Shown here piece by piece: positions 48,501-58,740 of a stretch of DNA of 64,000 nt. Both the position numbers and the translations under genes were made by a program. Numbering within the stretch: position 1 is the stretch's first letter; each line of letters starts with the position of its first letter. Source of the stretch: Planctomycetota bacterium (GTDB lineage: Bacteria; Planctomycetota; PLA2; JAEUHO01); assembly GCA_965223505.1 (NCBI GenBank), contig CBDCWP010000043.1, positions 64,001 to 128,000 on the forward strand, written 5' to 3'. The notes under the pieces are model-generated. The model was given only the letters and a program-made list of their open reading frames with translations, was not told the DNA's origin and did not search any database.

Positions 48501-48878
48501 CTCTCCGGTGCCGACCCAGATCACCGACGAGTTTTTCGGGTCCATCGTCACGCAGCCGATCGAGTACGAGCCCTCCTTGTCGAAGACCGGCTCGAAGGTC
48601 GTGCCGTTGTTGGTCGTCTTCCACACGCCTCCGGAGCACACCGCGACGAAGTACGTGCTTGGCCGTTTCGGGTCCACGGCGAAGTCCCCGATCCGACCCG
48701 ACATGAGCGCCGGACCGATCGAGCGGAACTTCAACCCCGTGAAATTGGCGGCGCTGAGGACCTTTTCGGGCTTCTCGTTCTTCTCTTCCTCCTCGTCGGC
48801 CTCGTCCTCCGCGCGGACGGCCGGCGCGGCGAGTAGGAGGCAAACGAGGAACCAGAGGGCGAGTCGTAGATTGCGCAT
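45561..48878 (-). CDS. Secreted VPS10/BNR-repeat glycosyl hydrolase-like beta-propeller protein
   Basis: RSIGPALMSGRI, many S/TxDxGxTW Asp-box repeats, signal peptide. Confidence 0.9.
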   Translation of the reverse strand: MRNLRLALWFLVCLLLAAPAVRAEDEADEEEEKNEKPEKVLSAANFTGLKFRSIGPALMSGRIGDFAVDPKRPSTYFVAVCSGGVWKTTNNGTTFEPVFDKEGSYSIGCVTMDPKNSSVIWVGTGENNSQRSVSFGDGVYRSRDGGRSWKNMGLPESEHIGMITVDPRDSNTVYVASQGPLWRSGGDRGLYKTTDGGATWTRILHVSDETGINEVHIDPRNPDVLYASSYQRRRHTWTLINGGPESTIYKSEDAGATWRKIEKGLPGVDKGRIGLAVSPANPDVVYAVVEAAMGKSGFFRSDNRGETWTKPGSYVPPGAQYYNEIVCDPVNVDRVYALQTFLQVTNDGGKTFQRVPRKNRHVDDHALWIDPDDTDHLLVGSDGGVYESWDLAKNWHFKTNLPVTQFYRVSVDDSRPFYYVYGGTQDNNSQGGPHRTTDRAGITNADWFITVGGDGYETRVDPHDPNIVYSQWQYGGLVRHDRRSGERVDIKPREDPGDPPLRWNWDSPFILSEHDHKRLYFAANKLFRSDDRGNSWRLVSGELTRNLDRNQLEVMGKIQSVDAVAKDNSTSQYGNCVSLDESPIVENLLYVGTDDGLVQITEDGGTTWRKIESFEGVPELTYVSCLTASPTDGDTVYAAFDNHKQGDFTPYLFKSTDRGKTWTSIASNLPKRDVVLSILQDHVKPDLLFAGTEFGVYFSIDGGGHWVRLKAGVPTIAVRDMAIQRRENDLVLGTFGRGFYILDDYTPLRHVTREMLESEDALFPVKDALQYVERSRLGGNNGKGSQGASYYAAPNPEFGAVFTYYLEDKLRSRKEERRKREKEARKKGENSPYPTYEELRAEDAEKEPAVFLIVRDDTGAVVQRVKGSRNRGFHRVAWNLRYPSVQPTRIGPDPNGSPWRRAPIGPLALPGTYAVELVKLVDGIVTPLAAPQTFDVVPLELATFPADDKAAALAFQRRAAGLQRAASGTVRVIGEAQTRIDHLRKALIDTPATEDAQIKALEDLQDELTRIKTLLTGDRTLRSRSTGSPRSIQEWANDLAGSGLRVTSAPTKTQRDMLAKTEPMFARVLADVRALIDALVAFETTVEQSGAPFTPSRLPVWSPPK

Positions 48879-49368
48879 GCGGGGGAGGGTAGCAGGTCGC
48901 CTCGCTCCCGTTGACCCTCCAAGGCCGAACCCGGCTTCCCGAGGCCGGGTGGAGCCCGCGTGACGTCTGGAGCGTCACAGGGGTCTCTCACTCGAGACGA
49001 ATTCGATGTGTGCCAATCCGCCGCGGTCGATCTACACGAAGCTGCCGCGCCGATTCTGCTTCCGCCGGACGCATCACGCGCCGCGCTTCCTGCACGCGAC
49101 GCGCGATCGCAGGCTGCGTCGAACACTCTCGGATCCGGTGACGGACTGGTTCGTCCTCGAACTGTAGACCCAAATCCAACATGCGAGGTTGCCGTTGGAG
49201 CGACACATCTCGAGGACGCCGTCGTTCGGATCGGTCCACCGATGCGTGCAAGCAGACTCGTTCGAGAGACTTCACGGCGATGCTCCTCCGGAACCGAATG
49301 TCTGAACTTCCGTGCCGGTGCGCGATCTCGATTGAGATGGGGCTGGTCCCGTCGGTTATCTTGCGTCG

Positions 49369-50244
49369 ATGCGTACCACCTTGCTGGTTCTGATTCTGTG
49401 CGTGGCGGCACATGCCGAGGAGACGCTCCAGGCGAAGGACGCGAAGATCGAGAAGGTCGCCGGAGGGTTCCGGTTCACCGAAGGGCCGGCCGCGGACGAA
49501 GACGGCAACGTCTACTTCAGCGACATCCCGAATCAGTGCATCCACCGGCTGGACGTCGCGTCGGGCAAGGTGACGGTGTGGAGCGACGACTCAGGTCGCT
49601 CGAACGGACTGATGTTCGACGCCAAGGGACGCCTGCACGCTTGTGAGGGCGGACGCAGACGACTCGTGCGCTACGAAGGCAAGAAGGCCCACGTCCTGGC
49701 CGAGCGCTGGAACGAAAAGCGGCTCAACAGCCCGAACGATCTCGCGATCGACGACAAGGGCGGCGTCTACTTCACGGACCCGCGCTACGGGAAGCAGGAC
49801 GGGCGTGAGATCGACATCGAGGCCGTCTATTACGCGGCCGCCGACGGCAAGGTGACGCAGGTGATCACGGAGGTGACCAAGCCGAACGGCATTCTCCTTT
49901 CGAAGGACAAGAAGACGCTGTACGTCGCGGCGAGCGGCGCCAAGCGGATCCGGTCGTACCCCGTCGAGGCCCCGGGCAAGCTCGGCAAGGGCGTCGAGTT
50001 CGCCGCGTTGGACACGGCGCCGGGCGGCCCCGACGGCATGACGCTCGACGAGCAAGGCAACGTCTACGCCGCCGGCCAGGGCGCGATCTGGATCTGGGAC
50101 AAGACCGGCAAGCGCCTGGCCCGCATCGAGTTTCCAGAGTCGCCCGCCAACTGCGCCTTCGGCGGCAAGGACCGCAAGACGCTGTACGTGACGGCGCGCA
50201 CGTCCTTGTACCGCCTGGAGATGAACGTTCGAGGTGCGCGCTGA
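49369..50244 (+). CDS. SMP-30/gluconolactonase family protein
   Basis: FTEGP, SNGL, NSPND, FTDP, PNGI, PDGM, ANCAFGG. Confidence 0.92.
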   Translation: MRTTLLVLILCVAAHAEETLQAKDAKIEKVAGGFRFTEGPAADEDGNVYFSDIPNQCIHRLDVASGKVTVWSDDSGRSNGLMFDAKGRLHACEGGRRRLVRYEGKKAHVLAERWNEKRLNSPNDLAIDDKGGVYFTDPRYGKQDGREIDIEAVYYAAADGKVTQVITEVTKPNGILLSKDKKTLYVAASGAKRIRSYPVEAPGKLGKGVEFAALDTAPGGPDGMTLDEQGNVYAAGQGAIWIWDKTGKRLARIEFPESPANCAFGGKDRKTLYVTARTSLYRLEMNVRGAR

Positions 50245-50401
50245 GCCGGCGCCGCGCGCCCGCGCCGACCCAACCCCTTGCTCGGAACGAACATGCGTCG
50301 TTTCCGCATCGTGAGGCGGCTGCGCCCGTCCGTTGCACGGGGTCTCCGGCTACATCTACCATTGCGTCCCGGTGGGTGGGGGCGGCTTGACGGAAGGCGA
50401 G

Positions 50402-52912
50402 ATGGACGACACCGGACGCCCCGACGAGATCGCGTTCGAGGGTGCGCTCTTGCGCGAGCGCTACCAGGTCGAGTCGAGGCTCGGCCGCGGGGGCATGGCC
50501 ACCATCTACAGCTGCACGGACACCGAGCTCGGGCGCAAGGCCGTCGTCAAGGTGCCGTTGGCCGGCTTCATGAAGCTCGACGGGTTCAAGGAGCGGTTCG
50601 AGCTCGAGGTCAAGGGCCTGATCGACATCGAGCACCCGCACGTGGTGTCGATCTACGCGCGCGGTGAGCATCACGGCATTCCCTACTTCATCAGCCAGTT
50701 CCTTCCGGGCGGCAGCCTCGAGGACCGGATCAAGGAGGAGAGCAAGACCTCCGGCCGCATGAACCCCAAGGACGTGCTCACCTGGTTGCCGCACGTCGCC
50801 GACGCGCTCGACTTCATGCATTCCAAGGGCATCGTTCATCGAGACGTCAAGCCGGGGAACATCCTGTTCGACGACCACGGCAACGTATTCCTCTCCGACT
50901 TCGGGGTCGCCAAGGCCCTCGGGACCCAGGACACGGAGCTCACGGCTGCCGGCATGGCGATCGGCTCGATCGAGTACATGCCGCCGGAGCAGGCGATCAA
51001 CGAGAACATCGGTCCGAACTCGGACCAGTACGCGCTGGGCGTGACCCTCTTCGAGTGCCTCTCCGGCACGCTGCCCTACAAAGCGGACAACCCGGTCGAC
51101 CTGCTCATCCAGAAGAAGAACGCGGTCGCCCCGACGCTGCAAGACCAGCACGGTGTCCCGAGGGAGATTTCCGACGTCGTCGCCCGCGCTCTCTCGATCG
51201 ATCCGGAGGATCGATTCGAGTCGTGCGCCGCACTCGTTGCTGCGCTCGAGGTGGCCGTGTGGTCGGTCGACCCCACGCCGGGCATGCGAACGCCGCCCGG
51301 TCGCGCCGCGGAGGTGCCGCTCAAGCACACGCTCGGTGGATCCCTGGACTTCACCGGGCTCACACTGCTCGGCCACTACAAGGTCGGCGCGCGCATCGGT
51401 GCGGGCGGGATGGGAAGCGTCTACCTCGCGATCGACACGGACCTCGGCAAGAACGTGGTCATCAAGGTGCCGCACGTTCGTTTCCTCGCGGAGAAGGGCT
51501 TCCGCGATCGTTTCGAGCGCGAGGTGAAGCAGCTGCTGCGCATCGAGCATCCCTCGATCGTGCGCGTGCTCGCGCGCGGTGAGCACCAGAAGGTGCCCTT
51601 CTACGTCTTGCAGTACATGAAGCGCGGGTCACTGCGCGAGAGAATGAAGAAGGCCGGCAAGATGTCGGTCGAGGACGTACTGCCGTGGTTCGGCGCGACC
51701 GCGAAGGCGCTGGACTTCCTGCACTCCCGCAACCTGATCCACCGCGACGTGAAGCCCGGCAACATCCTGTTCGACGAATACGATCACGCCTACCTGTCGG
51801 ACTTCGGGATCGCGAAGGCCACCGAAGACACGAAAGTCACGCAGTCCAACACCGGCGTCGGTTCGCCGCGGTACATGGCGCCCGAGCAGACAGGCGAGAA
51901 CTTCGAGGGCACCGCCGATCAGTACGCGCTCGCCATCACCGTGTTCGAGGCGTTGACCGGTCGGATGCCGTTCGAAGACGGCACCGCGATGGAGATCATG
52001 CTGCGGAAGATGCAGGAGAGACCGCCGTCGCTGACGACGGTCCTGCCGGGGCTTCCGCAGGGCGCGGCGGACGCGGTGAGCCGAGCCTTGTCGGGCGAAG
52101 CCGACGAGCGCTTCCCGACGTGCCGCGCCTTCTATCTGGCGTTCAAGCGCGCGCTCAGAGAGGCCCCCGCGGTTGCCGCGCTGCCGGAAGCGCCCGTCGC
52201 GACCGCGACGCGTCAATCCGCGCCGCTCGTGCCCGCCTCGGTTGCAGCGCCTGCACCGGCTGCCCCCCAGGTCGAGCATCCGCCTCGAGCGCGCTCGCCC
52301 GAGCGCGCGCCGTCCACGCCGCCGTCGGTCCGAGCGCAGCCGGCGGCGCTCTGGCAGCCGACGTTCATCCTGGGGTTCGTCGGCGTCTGGCTTCTCGCGC
52401 GCCTCGCGCCGTTCGCGCGGTTCCTCGCGCCGCACGATCCGACGGGCGGCATGTCGTTCGACATCTGGGTCGTGCTCTGGGTGTTCGCGCCGTCGGCGTT
52501 CATCATCGCCGTCGGTCACGGGTGGCTGTTTCAACGGCGCGGCGTGACCGCGGCGTGGGCCTGGGTGACCGGGACGTTGATCGGCGCGGCCGTCGCGGGC
52601 GTCGTCCTGCTGCTCTACGGCCGCGTCGCCGCGCTGACGTGGCATCCGCTCGGGATGGTCACCGGCGCCTTGTTCGGCGCGTCCCTCGGCGTTTGCCAGT
52701 GGCTTGCGCTCGGGACGCGCCTGCGCCGCGCGCATCGCTGGATCCTGCCGACGCTGTTGGGCGCCGCGGCCGCCGGCGCGCTGCTCGAATTTGCCGGGGG
52801 GCGAGGCGCGCAGGTCGACTTCCTCCTCGTGCTCGCATCGGCCGTGCTCATGGCGGCAGTGCAGCTCTTGGCGCTTCGGCCGATGACGGCGGGTCGCAGA
52901 GGCGGCGCATGA
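50402..52912 (+). CDS. Membrane protein with two tandem Ser/Thr kinase domains
   Basis: Two full sets of GxGGM / VVK-VIK / HRDVKPGN / DFG / YMxPEQ, Pro-Ala linker, about 6 C-terminal TMs. Confidence 0.9.
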   Translation: MDDTGRPDEIAFEGALLRERYQVESRLGRGGMATIYSCTDTELGRKAVVKVPLAGFMKLDGFKERFELEVKGLIDIEHPHVVSIYARGEHHGIPYFISQFLPGGSLEDRIKEESKTSGRMNPKDVLTWLPHVADALDFMHSKGIVHRDVKPGNILFDDHGNVFLSDFGVAKALGTQDTELTAAGMAIGSIEYMPPEQAINENIGPNSDQYALGVTLFECLSGTLPYKADNPVDLLIQKKNAVAPTLQDQHGVPREISDVVARALSIDPEDRFESCAALVAALEVAVWSVDPTPGMRTPPGRAAEVPLKHTLGGSLDFTGLTLLGHYKVGARIGAGGMGSVYLAIDTDLGKNVVIKVPHVRFLAEKGFRDRFEREVKQLLRIEHPSIVRVLARGEHQKVPFYVLQYMKRGSLRERMKKAGKMSVEDVLPWFGATAKALDFLHSRNLIHRDVKPGNILFDEYDHAYLSDFGIAKATEDTKVTQSNTGVGSPRYMAPEQTGENFEGTADQYALAITVFEALTGRMPFEDGTAMEIMLRKMQERPPSLTTVLPGLPQGAADAVSRALSGEADERFPTCRAFYLAFKRALREAPAVAALPEAPVATATRQSAPLVPASVAAPAPAAPQVEHPPRARSPERAPSTPPSVRAQPAALWQPTFILGFVGVWLLARLAPFARFLAPHDPTGGMSFDIWVVLWVFAPSAFIIAVGHGWLFQRRGVTAAWAWVTGTLIGAAVAGVVLLLYGRVAALTWHPLGMVTGALFGASLGVCQWLALGTRLRRAHRWILPTLLGAAAAGALLEFAGGRGAQVDFLLVLASAVLMAAVQLLALRPMTAGRRGGA

Positions 52913-55900
52913 CGACGTCCACCACCGTGCTGGGCGACCGCTACGAGCTCAAGCGACGCCTCTATTCGGAAGGCAACCAGGCCGCGTACGAGGCCCGCGA
53001 TCGAGTTCGCTCCGACGAGGTCGTCGTATTCCTCGTGCCGCCGGCGAAGAAGCTCAACGCGGACACGGACCAGGCCGTGCGGGCCGACATCGAGCGTGCG
53101 TTCGATGTCGCGTCTCCGAACCTGATCCCGCTGCTCGACCTTCGCGAGGTCGGCGATCACCGCTTCCTCGTCATGCCGAAGCCCCGTGGAACGAACGCGT
53201 GGACGCGCATCACGCAAAAGAAGAAGGCCGGCGCGCGGATGGGCGTCGAGCAGGTTCTGCGTGCCGCCGACGATCTCGTCGCCGCGGCCGAGGCGGCGCA
53301 CGCGCGCGACCTGACGCTGGGATTCTCGCCGAAACAGGTCTGGATCGAGGACGACGGCAGCGCACGGGTTCAGTTCTACTGGATCGACCGCGTCAACCTC
53401 GACGGCGGGGGGCCGGAGCGCTTTCAGACCGCCGGCGCCGAGGGCGGGTACTTCCAGGCGCCCGAGCTCGCCGAAGGCGCCGAGGGTGCGACGCCGGCCG
53501 CCGATCAGTTCTTCATCTGCGCGGTGTTGTACGGGTTGCTGACGGGCCAGGTGCCCGGCGGCAAGCTCGAGCCGATTCGCAGGAGCCGCGCGGACGTGCC
53601 GGCGCCGATGGCCGACGCGATCGAGCGCGGCCTTGCGCAGGCGCCCGCGCGCCGGCACCCCGATCTTCGCGCGTTTCGACGCGCGGTGCACCGGCGCAGC
53701 GCCGGCGTCGGATATCTCGTCCCGCTCTTGCTGGTGTTGCTGTCGCTCTGGGCCGGACGCGCGGTGTTCCTGGGCGGCGCGGACGTGTCGTCCTGGGCGT
53801 TCGAGGACGACGTCGCCGCCCGGCGCGACGCGGAGTACGGCAAGTTGCGTCCCTCGGTCGAGCCCGTGCCCGCAGCCGACGAGGCCGCCGTCCGACGCTT
53901 CGCCGGGCACTATGACAGCTTCGAAGAGCATGAGCTCTGGCTGCGACCGGACGGTTCGTTCCTCCTGGACGACCACGCCAGTGACGCGCCGCGGCACGTG
54001 CGCGGTTTGTGGTGGCCGGACCCGTCGAGCGACGACGCGCTCGTCCTCATGCCCGTGGCCCACGGCGCGACGCGTCCTGCGCCGATCGAGGTCAGCGTCG
54101 AGAACGGGCGGTTGCTTGTCGCGGAGGCGGGCACCGTTCAGTGGATGACCAAGGTCGGATGGCCGTCCGAGTCCGGAGCGTATGCCCCCTTGCTCCAGGT
54201 CGATGCGCCGCTCGCCGGCGCGGTCGTGACGGAACGGAAGATCCGCGTCGTAGGCCGGGTCGCCGTCACCGGCGTTCAGGTACGAATCGGGAACGAGCCT
54301 GCTCCGGTGGTGCGAACGACCTTCGACAAGATCATCGACGTCTCCGAACGCGGCGACGTCGAGGTCGTCGTCAGCGCCCGCGCGAAGGACGGGTTCGAAC
54401 AGACGATCACGCGCGTCGTCCGTGTCGACGACGGGGTTCCGGAGATCGACGTGACCGCGACGCTGGAGGAGACGGACGGTGTCTGGAACCTCGACGTCAA
54501 GGGGACGTGCGTGGACGACGGCGCGGTCGTCGCGCTGAGCGTCAACGAGGAGCCGGTGAAGATCGGCGCCGACGGGACGTTCGGATACGCGCGGCGGGGC
54601 GTCGATGCGCACGCGCACGCGTTCGTCGAGATCGTCGCCGTCGATGACGCCGGCCGCGCGGCCCGCCGCCTGGTTTGGCCCTCGATCTCGGCCGTCACCG
54701 CTGCGACGCTGGCGCCGGCGTTCGAAGCGCTTCGCGCGGCGCTCGCGGCGGGCAAGACGGGAGAGGCCGAAGACCTCTTGCGCGCGATCCGGGACCAGGG
54801 CGGCCTCATCGAGGAGCTGAGGCCCGAGACCCTCGAGCCCGTGGTGCGGCAGGGACGCGAGCCGCGCATCACGTTCGACGACTATCCCGATCCGAAGCGG
54901 GGCCGGTACTTCGTCGACGACGGCACGATGCAGATTCGGCTTCGCGGAACCGTCGAGTGGTTCGGCGCCGGCGACGTGTTCGAGATCATGGGCAAGCGCA
55001 TCGACATCGACGCGGGCGGCCGTTTCGACGGTGTGATTCAGCTGCCAAGGCTCGGTCCCAATCCCATTCCCGTACGCGTGCTGCGCGAAGGGGAACCGGC
55101 GGCCGAGCGTCCGATCGAGGTGTGGCTCGCCGATGGAGACGGCGAGGTCCCGAAGTGGACGGGCGTTCCCGTGAGCGAGGCGCAGCGCAAGGCGTCTGCC
55201 CAGTTCGGTCTTCCGATCGGCCGCACGAACGACCTCGGCATGCACTTCGCGTTGATTCCGCCCGGCACGCTGCGGCGCGAGACGAAAGACGGCCAGCGCT
55301 TCGGCGTGAAGATCACGCGGCCGTACTACATGCAGGTCGGCGAGGTCAGCCGCCGTCAGTTCAATCGTTACATCAGCCGGCGCCTGCCCACGACGTACGA
55401 GGCGAAGAGCGGCGAGCTCCCGTTGGGCGACGACCGTCATCCGGCGATGGACGTCTCTCGGGACGAGTGCATCGAGTTCGCCCGTCGGCTGAGCGCCGAT
55501 CAGGGCGGGACCTACCGTCTTCCGACGGAGGCGGAGTGGGAGCTGGCAGCGCGTGCAGGTGACACGACCGGCAACACCTACTGGGACCGCGACGCGTCGC
55601 AGCTCGAGCGCCATGCCAACTTTGCCGACCAGTCCATTCGACGTCTGCTGTCGGGCTGGCCGGCCGAGCGACTTTCTTCCGGCAACGACGGCGCGCCGGG
55701 CACCTGGCCCGCCGACTTCGGAGCCGCCAATCGGTTCGGGCTCAAGAACATGCTCGGCAACGCGTCCGAGTGGGTGGCCGACTTCTACGACCACTACGAC
55801 CCGTTCGACGACGAGGACCCCACAGGTCCCGCCGTGGGCAAGCACGGCGTCAATCGGGGCGGCAGCTTCCGAAGCCATCCGCGCGGGCACGGCTTCGCGA

Positions 55901-55977
55901 AGCGATTCGGCTTCGCCGTGCACGAGCGTCGTCCCTACGTCGGGTTCCGGCTCGTCCTCGAATCGGAGGTGCGCTGA
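52909..55977 (+). CDS. Pseudokinase + TM + Ig-like repeats + FGE-sulfatase (SUMF1) domain protein
   Basis: ATGA overlap; degenerate kinase (LGDRYEL, APE, ADQF); YRLPTEAEWELAARAG, NRFGLKNMLGNASEW, RGGS, GFRL. Confidence 0.85.
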   Translation: MTTSTTVLGDRYELKRRLYSEGNQAAYEARDRVRSDEVVVFLVPPAKKLNADTDQAVRADIERAFDVASPNLIPLLDLREVGDHRFLVMPKPRGTNAWTRITQKKKAGARMGVEQVLRAADDLVAAAEAAHARDLTLGFSPKQVWIEDDGSARVQFYWIDRVNLDGGGPERFQTAGAEGGYFQAPELAEGAEGATPAADQFFICAVLYGLLTGQVPGGKLEPIRRSRADVPAPMADAIERGLAQAPARRHPDLRAFRRAVHRRSAGVGYLVPLLLVLLSLWAGRAVFLGGADVSSWAFEDDVAARRDAEYGKLRPSVEPVPAADEAAVRRFAGHYDSFEEHELWLRPDGSFLLDDHASDAPRHVRGLWWPDPSSDDALVLMPVAHGATRPAPIEVSVENGRLLVAEAGTVQWMTKVGWPSESGAYAPLLQVDAPLAGAVVTERKIRVVGRVAVTGVQVRIGNEPAPVVRTTFDKIIDVSERGDVEVVVSARAKDGFEQTITRVVRVDDGVPEIDVTATLEETDGVWNLDVKGTCVDDGAVVALSVNEEPVKIGADGTFGYARRGVDAHAHAFVEIVAVDDAGRAARRLVWPSISAVTAATLAPAFEALRAALAAGKTGEAEDLLRAIRDQGGLIEELRPETLEPVVRQGREPRITFDDYPDPKRGRYFVDDGTMQIRLRGTVEWFGAGDVFEIMGKRIDIDAGGRFDGVIQLPRLGPNPIPVRVLREGEPAAERPIEVWLADGDGEVPKWTGVPVSEAQRKASAQFGLPIGRTNDLGMHFALIPPGTLRRETKDGQRFGVKITRPYYMQVGEVSRRQFNRYISRRLPTTYEAKSGELPLGDDRHPAMDVSRDECIEFARRLSADQGGTYRLPTEAEWELAARAGDTTGNTYWDRDASQLERHANFADQSIRRLLSGWPAERLSSGNDGAPGTWPADFGAANRFGLKNMLGNASEWVADFYDHYDPFDDEDPTGPAVGKHGVNRGGSFRSHPRGHGFAKRFGFAVHERRPYVGFRLVLESEVR

Positions 55978-58736
55978 TGGACGTCGCGCAAGCCTTCGAG
56001 GTCTTGGGACTGGAGATCGACGCCACGACCGAAGAGGTCGAGCGCACGTACCGGCAGATCCGCAAGCCGCTCCTCAAGCAGCTCAACCGCCATGACGAGG
56101 GGGAGGCGCCGGAGGGCCTGGTCAAGCTGCTCGACAACGTCGAGACGGCGTTCCGCGTGATTACCGCGACCCCACGGACTCCGGTGCCGACGCAGCCCGG
56201 CGGACGGGCCAGGAGCAAGAGCACGGGGCGCGTGACCGGCCTGCAGCCCGGCGTCGTGATCGGCGATCGCTACGAGGTGCGCGCTCACGTCTCGCATCGG
56301 CCGGAAGGCGACACGTACCGTGTGACCGACCGGGTGCGCGGTGTCGACGTGGCGCTGAAGGTCGTCGACGCCGGACTCATGCGCGACCCCCGGATCCGCA
56401 CACGCTTCGTCAAGGGACTGCTGGCTGCAAGCCGGATGAACCACCCCAACCTGGCTCGTGTGCTCGACATCGTGCGCCTGCAGCACACGCTGGTCGTCAT
56501 TCAGGAGCTGCCGAACGGCGACAACCTCTGGGACCTCATGTACGGGCCCGAAGCGCTTCGCGAGCGCCTGACGCAGGATCTCGTCCTCGGGATCACCGAG
56601 CAGGCGGCGCACGCGCTCGCCTATCTGCACGGGGAGATGGCGCATGGGACGTTGCGGCCGGAGAGCATCTGGGTCGACGACGACGGCCGCGTGCAGATCA
56701 GCGACTTCGGTCTGGCGGGGCTCCAAGCGCCGCTGCGCGAACGGCGCTTGAGTCGCGCGAAGCTGGGAACCGTCTACTGGGCCCCCGAGCAGTACCGCGA
56801 CGACATCCGGGTGAGTCCGCGCTCCGACCAGTACGCGTTGTCTCTGATCCTCTACGAGATTCTCAGCGGCAAGCCGTCCGTCGGTCGCACGGTCGGGATC
56901 CGCACCTTCCGGCGCGACTACCCCAAGCGCTTCACCGCCGCGATCGAACGCGGACTGTCGTCGAAGGCGCCGCAGCGATTCGGCGACATGGATGCGTTCG
57001 GGCAGGCCGCGCTCTCCACGTACGAGACCGAGCAACCCGAGGTCTCGAGCGTCGCCATCGGCTCGATCATCTTGCCTGCCCTGGTGTTGTTCGGCCTCTT
57101 CATCGGGTTCGTCGCGTCGCCGTTGGGGACGCAGGCGTCCGACGCGATCAGCGACGTCGTTCGCCGCTGGCATGTCGCCGAGGAAGACGAGAAGCGGGCG
57201 CACCTCGATCTGCGCCGGCTGCGCGACATCGGCAACCGGCTCGACAAGCGTCGCGCGTCGCTTTCGCAAGTCAGCCAAGACGAGCTGCGGCGGCTGCGCA
57301 GCGTGGTGGCGCGCAACGATCTCGACGCGGAGCGTCGCGCGACCGCGCGCCACGACCTGACCCAGATCGTGAAGCAACTCGTGGACACCTCTCGCCGCAG
57401 ATCGCACGAAGCGTTCGAACGCACCACAGCCGCGCTCGATGCGTTTCAGGAGTTGGGCGAGGCCGTGGCGCGGACGGACGAGACCGGCGATGCCGCGACG
57501 GACCTGTCGTCCGCGACGCTGGAAGAGCGCAACGAGAAGGTCATCGAGCTCGTGTATCGGCAGGCCGGCGCCGCGCGGCGCAAGGCGCTCTGGCGCGAGC
57601 AGCGTCGGGAGCTCTTCGCGCAGCCGTCGTTCGCCAAGGCGTATCGAGCGCTGCTCGAAGCGGACGCCGCGCTGGAGATCGGGGACGAGACGACGACCGG
57701 GCAGGCGTACGACGTCGCGGCCGTCGAGCTCACCGCGGTGGCCGAGAGCGTCGAAGCGGCCGTCGAAGCCGTCATGTCGTTCGATCCGTTCGAAGCGGCG
57801 CCGGGCGCCGCGACGCGCTTGGACGCCGTCGATTGCAGGAAGTGCCTCGAAGCGTGGCTCGGGGATCCGACCACATGGACCGACGACGAGGCGCTGGCCC
57901 GAATGCTCAAGGACCTGTGGGCGGAGGGCGTCGACGACGCCGAGGCGCGCGCGCTCGTGAGCAAGGCCGGGTACTGGGTGCTGGAGATGTCGGTCGGCGC
58001 GACGGTGCTCGGCGTCGGCGGAACGTGGGACGACGACACGGGGGCGAGGCGCCTTCACGTGACGGTGGTCAACGGTGTGGCCCTGGCCGAGCGCATCGGG
58101 GTCCCCGCGCAGCATGGCGATCAGCGGCCGGGGTTGCGCGATTTGCTCGCCGCGCTCGCCGCGGTGCCGCGGGATGCGCGCGCTTTGTGGACAAGGCGGT
58201 CGTCGAGCCTGACACCCTTGCCGAAGCCGGCGTTCGACGAGACCCACGAGACGTTGCAGTCGGGGACGCTCGACGTACGTGGCGCATTGGCGACCTCTGC
58301 GAGCGCGTGTTGCGTGCTCGTCGACAAGCGCCGGGTCGAACCCGCGGACGAGCGATTCGAGATCCCGGTTCGCGTCCCCGGCGACGTGCTGTCGACCTGG
58401 ATCCGCGCCCATGCGGCCCGGGGTCTGCGGTCCGGACCTGCGACCTGGATGCGTGTGCGGACCGACGGGTTGAAACCCCGCGTCGCGCCACTGTACCCAG
58501 CGCCCGGCCACCCGGTCGATGCCGGGAGCACGGTCGAGGTGCGGTTGCTCGTCTACGACTCGAATCTCCAGACGACGGAGATCGCAGGCAGGCAGCACAC
58601 GCTCCGCAAGGGCGAGGTGCACGTGATCCTCCACACGGTGACCGCGCCGGACCAGGACGAGCTCGAAATTCCCGTCCGCGCCGTCGATGCCGCGGGCAAC
58701 GAACGGGTGGTCACGTTCACCTGGCCCGTAAAGTGA
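55977..58736 (+). CDS. J-domain-like + degenerate Ser/Thr kinase + TM + extracellular domain protein
   Basis: TGATG coupling; AFEVLGL...EVERTYR without HPD; VALK, HGTLRPES in place of HRD, DFG, YWAPEQ. Confidence 0.82.
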   Translation: MDVAQAFEVLGLEIDATTEEVERTYRQIRKPLLKQLNRHDEGEAPEGLVKLLDNVETAFRVITATPRTPVPTQPGGRARSKSTGRVTGLQPGVVIGDRYEVRAHVSHRPEGDTYRVTDRVRGVDVALKVVDAGLMRDPRIRTRFVKGLLAASRMNHPNLARVLDIVRLQHTLVVIQELPNGDNLWDLMYGPEALRERLTQDLVLGITEQAAHALAYLHGEMAHGTLRPESIWVDDDGRVQISDFGLAGLQAPLRERRLSRAKLGTVYWAPEQYRDDIRVSPRSDQYALSLILYEILSGKPSVGRTVGIRTFRRDYPKRFTAAIERGLSSKAPQRFGDMDAFGQAALSTYETEQPEVSSVAIGSIILPALVLFGLFIGFVASPLGTQASDAISDVVRRWHVAEEDEKRAHLDLRRLRDIGNRLDKRRASLSQVSQDELRRLRSVVARNDLDAERRATARHDLTQIVKQLVDTSRRRSHEAFERTTAALDAFQELGEAVARTDETGDAATDLSSATLEERNEKVIELVYRQAGAARRKALWREQRRELFAQPSFAKAYRALLEADAALEIGDETTTGQAYDVAAVELTAVAESVEAAVEAVMSFDPFEAAPGAATRLDAVDCRKCLEAWLGDPTTWTDDEALARMLKDLWAEGVDDAEARALVSKAGYWVLEMSVGATVLGVGGTWDDDTGARRLHVTVVNGVALAERIGVPAQHGDQRPGLRDLLAALAAVPRDARALWTRRSSSLTPLPKPAFDETHETLQSGTLDVRGALATSASACCVLVDKRRVEPADERFEIPVRVPGDVLSTWIRAHAARGLRSGPATWMRVRTDGLKPRVAPLYPAPGHPVDAGSTVEVRLLVYDSNLQTTEIAGRQHTLRKGEVHVILHTVTAPDQDELEIPVRAVDAAGNERVVTFTWPVK

Positions 58737-58740
58737 ATCG

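Noticed and set aside
48900..49350. Possible small gene or ncRNA in the gap between the VPS10-like and gluconolactonase genes
   Set aside because: A GGAGGAG + GTG exists on the minus strand, but no frame gives a recognisable protein or clear structure; left uncalled.
51685..52908. N-terminal extension of the 1430-aa ORF, and other long Arg/Ala/Pro-rich overlapping or antisense ORFs
   Set aside because: Expected stop-poor shadow frames in high-GC DNA with no recognisable motifs.
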